Positions 1 through 7,506 of a DNA stretch of 15,511 bases are shown here, one piece after another; the stretch's first letter is position 1, and each line of letters opens with the position of its first letter. The stretch is from a virus. Lineage: Duplodnaviria > Heunggongvirae > Uroviricota > Caudoviricetes. The stretch lies in IMG/VR virus record IMGVR_UViG_3300025018_003790; one strand, 5' to 3'. Position numbers and translations under genes: made by a program. The notes under the pieces were generated by a model. That model saw only the letters and a program-made list of their open reading frames with translations, was not told where the DNA came from and made no database searches.

Positions 1-75
1 CTGGCCATTCAATATCCATTCTTTTGTTCCATTCTCAAGGATTTTGAGAGTTGGTTGCTCATTTTGGTTTTCCAT
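1..75 (-). CDS. HRxDGPA-repeat protein, 5' part only (runs off window start)
   Basis: ATG at 75 translates MENQNEQPTLKILENGTKEWILNGQ, the family N-cap; it lies 10 nt after the TGA of 86..673. Not in the ORF track. Confidence 0.85.
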   Translation of the reverse strand, partial: MENQNEQPTLKILENGTKEWILNGQ

Positions 76-85
76 TTGGGTTGCC

Positions 86-673
86 TCACAGAATCAGAGA
101 ATCAAAGAAAGAGATAGGTTTTTCTTTTGGTTCTTTGGGTGGCAATTGTTTGGTTCTTTGGTTGAACTCTGATTCTGAAAAATTTTTCCCATTGATCCAC
201 CATTGTTTTGAGCCGTCGGCTTTTTCAACGGCTGGGCCATCTTCTCGATGGCGTTGATAATTTTGCCACCATTCTTTTGCCCCATTGGCAAATTCTCTTG
301 CTGGGCCATCAAGGCGATGAAGTTGGCCATTTTGAAACCATTGTTTTGTCCCGTCCACCCATTCCATTGCTGGTCCATCAAAGCGATGGCGTTGACCGTT
401 TTGCCACCATTCTTTTGTCCCATCGTCTCGTTCAATTGCTGGGCCATCTTCTCGGTGAAGCTGGCCATTTTGAAACCATTGTTTTGTCCCATTTACAAAT
501 TCAATTGCTGGGCCATCTTCTCGGTGAAGCAAGCCGTTTTGGAGCCATTCTTTTGTACCATTAGCTTTTTCAACGGCTGGGCCATCTTCTCGATGAAGTT
601 GGCCGTTCAATCGCCATTCTTTTGAGCCGTCGTCAAAGGTTTCGAGAGTTGGTTGTTCATTTTGCTCGTTCAT
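86..673 (-). CDS. HRxDGPA-repeat protein, 6 units, 195 aa
   Basis: 25-aa N-cap + 6x23 aa + 32-aa C-cap ending SFFDSLIL. Confidence 0.93.
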   Translation of the reverse strand: MNEQNEQPTLETFDDGSKEWRLNGQLHREDGPAVEKANGTKEWLQNGLLHREDGPAIEFVNGTKQWFQNGQLHREDGPAIERDDGTKEWWQNGQRHRFDGPAMEWVDGTKQWFQNGQLHRLDGPAREFANGAKEWWQNYQRHREDGPAVEKADGSKQWWINGKNFSESEFNQRTKQLPPKEPKEKPISFFDSLIL

Positions 674-704
674 TTGGGTGGTTGCTCGGCGATTCCCACC
701 GTCT

Positions 705-713
705 ATTATGCCA
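705..713 (-). promoter_or_regulatory. Possible extended -10 promoter for the repeat-gene block
   Basis: Minus strand TGGCATAAT (TGn + CATAAT) about 30 nt upstream of the ATG at 673; identical in copy 2; no clear -35. Confidence 0.35.
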
Positions 714-782
714 TTGCCGCAGGCCCTCCGAGCGCATGGAAGTTTTTATCTGTTTGTGTACTTTAATTTTTTGCAGGAAATT

Positions 783-811
783 TTTTGAATCTTTTGAAGA
801 TTCAAAAGATT
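783..811. promoter_or_regulatory. Two overlapping 11-bp inverted repeats, operator-like
   Basis: TTTTGAATCTT-ttg-AAGATTCAAAA (783-807) and AATCTTTTGAA-ga-TTCAAAAGATT (788-811). The dyads are directly visible; function is inferred. Confidence 0.6.
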
Positions 812-840
812 AGGAAGGGGATGATTGGAGATTTTTAAAA

Positions 841-2541
841 ATGTGGTTAAGATTTTGTTTTTCGAAAATTATGCTGAATAAAAAAGTTCTTGAGGCTCAG
901 ACATTTGAGGAAATTTTGGAGCATTTGCGTGGACTTGGAGTTGGCGAAGATGTGATTCAGTTTGTGGTTGATCAGGGGGCTTTTGAGCGCAACAGTTTGG
1001 TGAAGCTTTTACTCAAGAATCCTGGGGTTGATTTGCGAAATGCTTTGAGTTTTTGGGAGCGTTCACGGCGTGATCGGGACAAGAGTTTTTCTCAACATAA
1101 TCGGAAGTTTTTTGATTTTGACAGAGCGTTGGAGGAGTTTTTCAATTGGGATCGTTTTCCTAATTGGTTTTTTGGTTGGGTTAGCGAGAAATTGAGGCCC
1201 AAGGTTTTGAGAAATGGGTTTGAATTTCAGGATTTTGTTGAGCCGATTGGTTTGATTGGGGATTGGTTTAATGCCTTAGATGCCGAGAGAGGGGAAGATT
1301 TTGGAGATTTTGATCAATTTGCTATTTCTTTTGATGAGGCATTACGTTCGGCTCGGCATTGGCATGAAAATTTCCAAGTTAGGGAAGGTTCTGGTGATTC
1401 ATCTGGTTTGACAGTTTTTGCCCCTGCTGAATGGGGTGGGTGGCAGATTAAGATGTTAGTTTCGGAGTCTGATTACGCAGCCGAGGGTGATCAGATGGGC
1501 CATTGCATTTCTGGTTATTTTGATAATTTTTTGAATTGCTCGACTTTTAATTTTTCTTTACGAGATGCTAAAGATACGCCTCATGTGACCTTTGAGTTAA
1601 ATGCTTCTGGTAAGATGGTTCAAAGTCAAGGTTTGAGCAATTCTATTCCTTCTGCTGAACATTTGGAGAAGATCCGAGAGTTTTTGAATTTGCCTGATTT
1701 TGAGGAGCGTTTTTTGGAGTTTCTGCGGCAGATTTTTGAACAGACGAAGAACATCAATTTTGCGATTATGTTGGGGGATTTTGATGCTGTTCGCCAGCAG
1801 ATTGACGAGCGAAATTTGGATTTAATTTCTGGTGAAGGTTTTGTCTCGTTGGCTACCAAGCACAATCACCCTGAGATTACAAAGTTTTTGATTGAGAAAG
1901 GTTATCCGATTGGTTATGATACTCTTTTCTTGATGTGTGATAATGGGATGGATGATTTAATTCGTTTTTGTATTGATCGTTTTGCTACTGACATAACTGT
2001 CACAGCGTCTCATTTAGATAGATATTTTCATAGTTCTTCAAACAATCCTGAGATTATTTCTTTGCTTTATAATCATATGGTTCACAATTTAGAAAATGAT
2101 TTTAAAGTTTTGGATTCTTTCATAAAAAATCTTTCTAATTTTGATTTTTCTTTGATTAAGAAATTTTTCTCCCCGGAAATTGGGGAAAAATTATCACAGG
2201 AAATTGCTCACATAACTTCTTTTGATTATCCTAATAACTCCACTTCTTTGCTGACCAGCGCAATTTTTAGCAGAAAGTTGCCATTGATTCAGTTCTTTTT
2301 TGAGAAATCTGGGATTGAGAATAATCCCAACAATTCTAACTTTTTAAATCATATTTTTTTGGTTTTGACTGATTTTGGTGAAGAGAGCAAGAAAATTTTG
2401 GAAATAGTTCACAAGTTTTGTTCAACGAACGATCAAACTTTGCGTTCTGCTATCAGAGTTGGTTCTATTGATTTGTTGAAAATTGTTTTAGATTGGGATC
2501 TTGAGGTTTCGAGCAGGGATGTTTTAGATTTTTTAATATAA
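841..2541 (+). CDS. PcfJ-like domain protein with ankyrin-like repeats (N-terminal part)
   Basis: Motif DYAAEGDQMGHCISGY...FSLRD...HVTFEL...QSQGLSN resembles the PcfJ-like family. It is followed by ankyrin-like helix pairs (FAIMLGDFDAVRQQI; LATKHNHPEITKFLIEKG; SAIRVGSIDLLKIVL). GGAG lies upstream of the ATG. Confidence 0.75.
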   Translation: MWLRFCFSKIMLNKKVLEAQTFEEILEHLRGLGVGEDVIQFVVDQGAFERNSLVKLLLKNPGVDLRNALSFWERSRRDRDKSFSQHNRKFFDFDRALEEFFNWDRFPNWFFGWVSEKLRPKVLRNGFEFQDFVEPIGLIGDWFNALDAERGEDFGDFDQFAISFDEALRSARHWHENFQVREGSGDSSGLTVFAPAEWGGWQIKMLVSESDYAAEGDQMGHCISGYFDNFLNCSTFNFSLRDAKDTPHVTFELNASGKMVQSQGLSNSIPSAEHLEKIREFLNLPDFEERFLEFLRQIFEQTKNINFAIMLGDFDAVRQQIDERNLDLISGEGFVSLATKHNHPEITKFLIEKGYPIGYDTLFLMCDNGMDDLIRFCIDRFATDITVTASHLDRYFHSSSNNPEIISLLYNHMVHNLENDFKVLDSFIKNLSNFDFSLIKKFFSPEIGEKLSQEIAHITSFDYPNNSTSLLTSAIFSRKLPLIQFFFEKSGIENNPNNSNFLNHIFLVLTDFGEESKKILEIVHKFCSTNDQTLRSAIRVGSIDLLKIVLDWDLEVSSRDVLDFLI

Positions 2542-3216
2542 TTCCCTGATGATGAAAAAGTTTTTTCAGAAATTTTGAAAAAGTTTTTATCAAAGCATTC
2601 AGCCACAGATTTGAATGGTTTGATTTGGTTGGCGATTTCTAATTCAAAAGAGGATCTTTTGCAAAGGCTTTGGGGGCTTGGTGTTCGGCCTGGGGTTGAA
2701 GATTTCAATGCTGCTTTTAGGGTTTTCATTGGGACAGATAAATATCTTGATGATCTTGATCGTTTGATTCATTTAACTAAAAAAATTCCAGTTTCTGTCC
2801 TTGATGGTGAAATCAAGAGAATGAGGCCCGAGGTTTTAATTGAAAAGTTGTTGGAGAAGGGTGCCAAGCCTTCTTTAGCTGAGACTACTTTGAGTAATTA
2901 TTTAATTTTTTATAGAATCGAAAATCTTGGGAATTTGAAGAAATTGATTAATTTTTATTTAGATCGTGGGGGTGAAAAGACAGATAAATTTTTCAGAACT
3001 GCGATAACTAGAAAGCAGAAAACAGATGTTTTGAGGTTGCTTGATGGTTTTGGTTTCCCAATCCCCGAAGGTTCTATGACTTTGGCAATTGAGGGTGGGA
3101 ATTTGGATTCGATTGCTTATCTTGGATCAATTGGGATCCCAATTGATTGGGATTTGATGGAAAATTTTCGATTGACTTCAAATTTCAAAAATTATTTGAG
3201 TTCTGAGGGTGGGTAG
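2542..3216 (+). CDS. In-frame continuation of 841..2541 (ankyrin-like repeats) after a single TAA
   Basis: Same frame as 841 and open immediately after TAA 2539-2541 (DFLI*FPDDEK). Contains further ankyrin-like units (LAISNSKEDLLQRLWGLG; LAIEGGNLDSIAYLGSIG). The TTG at 2575 has no obvious RBS. Confidence 0.65.
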   Translation, partial: FPDDEKVFSEILKKFLSKHSATDLNGLIWLAISNSKEDLLQRLWGLGVRPGVEDFNAAFRVFIGTDKYLDDLDRLIHLTKKIPVSVLDGEIKRMRPEVLIEKLLEKGAKPSLAETTLSNYLIFYRIENLGNLKKLINFYLDRGGEKTDKFFRTAITRKQKTDVLRLLDGFGFPIPEGSMTLAIEGGNLDSIAYLGSIGIPIDWDLMENFRLTSNFKNYLSSEGG

Positions 3217-3220
3217 AGGA

Positions 3221-3874
3221 TCAGAGGATCAGAGAATCAAAGAAAGAGATAGGTTTTTCTTTTGATTGATTTGGTTGCAATTGTTTGATTCTTTTAAATT
3301 CGAATTCCGAAAATTGTTTGCCATTGATGAACCATTCTTTTTCCCCATCAACGTTTTCAACGGCTGGGCCATCAAGGCGGTGAAGTTGATCATTAACCCA
3401 CCATTCTTTTGTTCCTTCAAACCTTTCAATGGCTGGGCCATCTGTTCGATGGAGTTTGCCATTTTGAAACCATTCTTTTGTCCCATTGGATCGTTCTCTT
3501 GCTGGTCCGTCAAGGCGATGAAGTTTGCCATTTTGCCACCAAGATTTTGCTCCATCGGAAAATTCAATTGATGGGCCATCAAGGCGGTGAAGCTGGCCTT
3601 TTTGCCACCATTCTTTTGAACCATCTGCCCATTCAATAGCAGGCCCATCAAGGCGATGAAGTTTGCCTTTTTGCCACCATTCTTTTGTTCCATCGGCTCG
3701 TTCAATTGCTGGGCCATCAAGGCGATGAAAAAGGCCATTTTGCCACCATTCTTTTGAACCATCTGCCCATTCTCTTGCTGGCCCATCTGTTCGATGAAGC
3801 AAGCCGTTCAATCGCCATTCTTTTGATCCATCTTCAAAGGTTTCGAGAGTTGTTCGTTCTTTTTTGTTTTTCAT
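3221..3874 (-). CDS. HRxDGPA-repeat protein, 7 units, 217 aa
   Basis: 25 + 7x23 + 31 aa; ends SFFDSLIL. Confidence 0.93.
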   Translation of the reverse strand: MKNKKERTTLETFEDGSKEWRLNGLLHRTDGPAREWADGSKEWWQNGLFHRLDGPAIERADGTKEWWQKGKLHRLDGPAIEWADGSKEWWQKGQLHRLDGPSIEFSDGAKSWWQNGKLHRLDGPARERSNGTKEWFQNGKLHRTDGPAIERFEGTKEWWVNDQLHRLDGPAVENVDGEKEWFINGKQFSEFEFKRIKQLQPNQSKEKPISFFDSLIL

Positions 3875-3884
3875 TTTGGTCCCC

Positions 3885-4196
3885 TCACAAGATCAGAGAA
3901 TCAAAGAAAGAAAGAGGTTTTTCTTTTGGTTCTTTTGGTGACAATTGTTTGATTCTTTTTTTAAATTCGAATTCTGAAAGTTGTTCTCCATTGATCCACC
4001 ATTGTTTTGATCCATCAGCAAATTCAATAGCAGGACCATTAAGGCGATGGCGTTGACCGTTGACCCACCAAGATTTTGTTCCATCAAGCCATTCCATTGC
4101 TGGCCCATCAAGGCGGTGAAGCAAGCCGTTGACCCACCAAGATTTTGACCCATTCTCAAGGATTTCGAGAGTTGGTTGTTCTTTTTGGTTTTGCAC
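3885..4196 (-). CDS. HRxDGPA-repeat protein, 2 units, 103 aa (GTG start)
   Basis: 25 + 2x23 + 32 aa; ends SFFDSLIL. Confidence 0.9.
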   Translation of the reverse strand: MQNQKEQPTLEILENGSKSWWVNGLLHRLDGPAMEWLDGTKSWWVNGQRHRLNGPAIEFADGSKQWWINGEQLSEFEFKKRIKQLSPKEPKEKPLSFFDSLIL

Positions 4197-4206
4197 TTGG
4201 GTTCCT

Positions 4207-4653
4207 TCACAGAATCAAAGAATCAAAGAAAGAGAGAGGTTTTTCATTTGGCTGATTTGGTTGCAATTGTTTGATTCTTTTAAATTCTGATTCTGAAAGC
4301 TCGTTTCCATTGATGAACCAAAATTTTGTTCCATCAGCTAATTCAACGGCTGGGCCATCAAGGCGATGAAGCTGGCCATTTTGAAACCATTCTTTTGTTC
4401 CATCGGCTCGTTCTCTTGCTGGGCCATCAAGGCGGTGAAGTTTGCCTTTTTGCCACCATTCTTTTGAGCCATCAGCTTTTTCAATTGCTGGGCCATCAAG
4501 TCGATGAAGCTGGCCATTCAATCGCCATTCTTTTGAGCCATTGGCAAATTCTCTTGCTGGCCCGTCAAGGCGATGAAGTTTGCCGTTCAATCGCCATTCT
4601 TTTGTGCCATCTTCAAAGATTTCTAGAGTTGGTTGTTCTTTTTGATTTTGCAT
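4207..4653 (-). CDS. HRxDGPA-repeat protein, 4 units, 148 aa
   Basis: 25 + 4x23 + 31 aa; ends SFFDSLIL. Confidence 0.93.
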   Translation of the reverse strand: MQNQKEQPTLEIFEDGTKEWRLNGKLHRLDGPAREFANGSKEWRLNGQLHRLDGPAIEKADGSKEWWQKGKLHRLDGPARERADGTKEWFQNGQLHRLDGPAVELADGTKFWFINGNELSESEFKRIKQLQPNQPNEKPLSFFDSLIL

Positions 4654-4670
4654 TTGGTCCTCTCACAGAA

Positions 4671-5177
4671 TCAAAGAATCAAAGAATCAAAGAAAGAAAG
4701 AGGTTTTTCTTTTGGTTGCAATTTTTTGATTCTTTTGAATTCTGATTCTGAAAGATTTTTTCCATTGATGAACCATTGTTTTGAGCCGTCGGTTTTTTCA
4801 ACGGCTGGCCCATCAAGGCGGTGAAGTTGGCCTTTTTGCCACCAAAATTTTGATCCATCGGCTCGTTCTTTTGCTGGTCCATCAAGGCGGTGAAGCTGGC
4901 CATTTTGACACCATTCTTTTGTCCCATTTGCCCATTCAATAGCAGGCCCATCAAGGCGGTGAAGCTGGCCGTTCAATCGCCATTCTTTTGTTCCATCGGC
5001 TCGTTCAATTGCTGGGCCATCAAGGCGATGAAAAAGGCCATTTTGCCACCATTGTTTTGATCCATCAGCTAATTCAATTGCTGGGCCATCAAGGCGATGA
5101 AGCTGGCCATTTTGCCACCATTCTTTTGAGCCGTCGGCAAAGGTTTTGAGAGTTGGTTGTTCTTTTTGGTTTCCCAT
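4671..5177 (-). CDS. HRxDGPA-repeat protein, 5 units, 168 aa
   Basis: 25 + 5x23 + 28 aa; ends SFFDSLIL; has an extra TTGATTCT octamer at its 3' end. Confidence 0.93.
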   Translation of the reverse strand: MGNQKEQPTLKTFADGSKEWWQNGQLHRLDGPAIELADGSKQWWQNGLFHRLDGPAIERADGTKEWRLNGQLHRLDGPAIEWANGTKEWCQNGQLHRLDGPAKERADGSKFWWQKGQLHRLDGPAVEKTDGSKQWFINGKNLSESEFKRIKKLQPKEKPLSFFDSLIL

Positions 5178-5187
5178 TTTGGTTCCC

Positions 5188-5568
5188 TCACAAGATCAAA
5201 AAATCAAAAAAAGAAAGAGGTTTTTCATTTGATTGGTTTGCTTGGTTTAGTTTTTTGATTCTTTTGAATTCTGATTCTGAAAGATTTTTTCCATTGATGA
5301 ACCATTGTTTTGAGCCGTCGGCTTTTTCAACGGCTGGCCCATCAAGGCGATGGCGTTTGCCATTTTGCCACCAAAATTTTGATCCATTGAAATATTCACA
5401 TGCTGGCCCATCTTCTCGATGAGGTTTGCCATTTTGCCACCATTCTTTTGTCCCATTGGCAAATTCTCTTGCTGGCCCGTCAAGGCGATGAAGTTTGCCG
5501 TTCAATCGCCATTCTTTTGAGCCGTTGGCAAGGATTTCTAGAGTTGGTTGTTTATTTTTGTCACTCAT
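5188..5568 (-). CDS. HRxDGPA-repeat protein, 3 units, 126 aa
   Basis: 25 + 3x23 + 32 aa; ends SFFDFLIL; AGGA upstream of the ATG. Confidence 0.92.
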   Translation of the reverse strand: MSDKNKQPTLEILANGSKEWRLNGKLHRLDGPAREFANGTKEWWQNGKPHREDGPACEYFNGSKFWWQNGKRHRLDGPAVEKADGSKQWFINGKNLSESEFKRIKKLNQANQSNEKPLSFFDFLIL

Positions 5569-5589
5569 CTGTGGCTTCCTTCGAAGAAA

Positions 5590-6582
5590 TCAGTCAAAGA
5601 TCAAAGAATCAAAAAAAGATTCTTCTGGCTGATTTGGTTGCAATTTTTTGATTCTTTTGAATTCTAATTCTGAAAATTGTTTGCCATTGATCCACCATTG
5701 TTTTGATCCATCAGCAAATTCAATAGCAGGCCCATCTTCTCGATGGCGTTGGTCGTTTTGGAACCAAAATTTTGTTCCATTAGGCCATTCCATTGCTGGG
5801 CCATCTTCTCGATGGCGTTGGTCGTTTTGGAACCATTCTTTTGTTCCATCGGCTCGTTCTCTTGCTGGGCCATCTTCTCGATGAAGCGCTCCATTGATCC
5901 ACCATTCTTTTGAGCCATTTGCATTTTCAACTGCTGGCCCATCAAGGCGGTGAAGTTGATCATTTTGCCGCCATTCTTTTGAGCCATCGGCTCGTTCAAA
6001 GGCTGGCCCATCAAGGCGGTGAAGCTGGCCATTTTGGAACCAATGTTTTGAACCATTGGCAAATTCTCTTGCTGGCCCATCAAGGCGATGAAGTTTGCCG
6101 TTGATCCACCATTCTTTTGAACCATTGGAAAATTCTCTTGCTGGCCCATCAAGGCGGTGAAGCTGGCCATTTTGAAACCATTCTTTTGTCCCATCAAAGT
6201 TTTCAACGGCTGGGCCATCAAGGCGATGAAGCGCTCCGTTGATCCACCATTCTTTTGAACCATTGGCAAATTCTTTTGCTGGCCCATCAAGGCGGTGAAT
6301 CTGTCCATTTTGAAACCATTCTTTTGAACCATTGGCAAATTCTTTTGCTGGCCCATCAAGGCGGTGAGATTTGCCATTTTGAAACCATTCTTTTGACCCA
6401 TCGGCAAATTCAATTGCTGGCCCATCTTCTCGATGAGGTTTGCCTTTTTGCCACCATCCTTTTGAACCATTAGCTTTTTCAACGGCTGGCCCGTCAAGTC
6501 GGTGAAGCAAGCCGTTCAACCGCCATTCTTTTGAGCCGTCGGCAAGGGTTGTGCAGGTTGATTGTTCATTTTGGTTTTGCAT
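5590..6582 (-). CDS. HRxDGPA-repeat protein, 12 units, 330 aa
   Basis: 25 + 12x23 + 29 aa; variant tail SFFDSLIFD. Confidence 0.93.
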   Translation of the reverse strand: MQNQNEQSTCTTLADGSKEWRLNGLLHRLDGPAVEKANGSKGWWQKGKPHREDGPAIEFADGSKEWFQNGKSHRLDGPAKEFANGSKEWFQNGQIHRLDGPAKEFANGSKEWWINGALHRLDGPAVENFDGTKEWFQNGQLHRLDGPAREFSNGSKEWWINGKLHRLDGPAREFANGSKHWFQNGQLHRLDGPAFERADGSKEWRQNDQLHRLDGPAVENANGSKEWWINGALHREDGPARERADGTKEWFQNDQRHREDGPAMEWPNGTKFWFQNDQRHREDGPAIEFADGSKQWWINGKQFSELEFKRIKKLQPNQPEESFFDSLIFD

Positions 6583-6591
6583 TTGGTTCCC

Positions 6592-6900
6592 TCACAAGAT
6601 CAAAGAATTAAAGAAAGAAAGAGGTTTTTCTTTTGGTTCTTTTGTTTGCAATTTTTTGACTCTTTTGAATTCTGATTCTGAAAATTGTTTGCCATTGATC
6701 CACCATTCTTTTGAGCCATTGGCAAATTCAATTGCTGGTCCGTCAAGGTGATGAAGCTGGTCATTTTGAAACCAAAATTTTGTGCCATTGAAAAGTTCTC
6801 TTGCTGGGCCATCTTCTCGATGAAGTTGGCCGTTCAACCGCCATTCTTTTGAGCCGTTGGCAAAGGTTTTGAGAGTTGGTTGTTCATTTTGCTCGTTCAT
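6592..6900 (-). CDS. HRxDGPA-repeat protein, 2 units, 102 aa
   Basis: 25 + 2x23 + 31 aa; ends SFFNSLIL; same MNEQNEQPTL start as 86..673. Confidence 0.92.
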   Translation of the reverse strand: MNEQNEQPTLKTFANGSKEWRLNGQLHREDGPARELFNGTKFWFQNDQLHHLDGPAIEFANGSKEWWINGKQFSESEFKRVKKLQTKEPKEKPLSFFNSLIL

Positions 6901-7075
6901 TTGGGTGGTTGCTCGGCGATTCCCACCGTCTATTATGCCATTTCCGCAGGCCCTCCGAGCGCATGGAAGTTTTTATCTGTTTGTGTACTTTAATTTTTTG
7001 CAGGAAATTTTTTGAATCTTTTGAAGATTCAAAAGATTGGGAAGGGAATGATTGGAGATTTTTAAAAATGTGGTT
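6871..7075. repeat. Duplicated divergent intergenic/leader segment, copy 2
   Basis: Matches 644..848 with 3 mismatches; includes TGGCATAAT (6932-6940, minus strand) and the double palindrome (7010-7038). Confidence 0.95.
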
Positions 7076-7382
7076 GAAATTTTGTTTCTAAAAAATCAAA
7101 AAATTTCTAAAAGAAGCTCAAACATTTCCAGAGGCTTTGGAAAACTTGAGGGGAATTGGAATCCGAGACGAAATCATATAAATTGTTCAAAATTTTGATT
7201 TTAATGAAAGAAATAGAATAATTAAATTTTTAATTCAAAACCCAACTTCTGATTCTAGTCGAGTTGAAGAATTTCTTAACAGATCAAGATTATTGGATTT
7301 AGGTGTGGAATTTAATGAATCTTCAATTAATGATGCTGTTATTGGGAAAAAACAGAAATATATTTCCTTGTTGTCAAAATAA
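7068..7382 (+). pseudogene. Internally deleted, stop-interrupted paralog of the PcfJ-ankyrin gene
   Basis: A single frame reads MWLKFCF*KIKKFLKEAQTFPEALENLRGIGIRDEII*IVQNFDFNERNRIIKFLIQNP...RSRLLDLGVEFNESSINDAVIGKKQKYISLLSK*. The first part aligns to the N-terminus of 841; the last part aligns to RLLDGFGFPIPEGSMTLAIEGG near the end of 2542..3216. In-frame TAA at 7089 and 7179. Confidence 0.8.
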
Positions 7383-7391
7383 AGGTGTGAT

Positions 7392-7420
7392 TGAGCGCCT
7401 GTGAGCGCCTGTGAGCGCCT
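7392..7420. repeat. Three tandem 10-bp direct repeats TGAGCGCCT(G)
   Basis: ttgagcgcct gtgagcgcct gtgagcgcct. Confidence 0.9.
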
Positions 7421-7506
7421 TCTGTGGTTGGCTTGGCGGTGGGGAGGTCGGTCACAGCATCGCAAGGCTGTCAGAGAGCCTCTCATGGCTCTGTCGGGGG
7501 TTCTCT

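Larger units (their letters stand above)
644..848. repeat. Duplicated divergent intergenic/leader segment, copy 1
   Basis: Matches 6871..7075 (offset 6227) with 3 mismatches, at 716, 812 and 820. Confidence 0.95.

Noticed and set aside
76-105. Integron attC cassette array
   Set aside because: The junctions are only 9-10 nt, lack RYYYAAC/GTTRRRY box pairs, and no integrase is visible.
2539-7181. Stop-codon reassignment (TAA = Gln), suggested by in-frame TAA at 2539, 7089 and 7179, the last aligning to Gln
   Set aside because: TAA is the evident terminator of many tightly coupled genes (10102, 10862, 11846, 12213, 13833), so nonsense mutation is more parsimonious.
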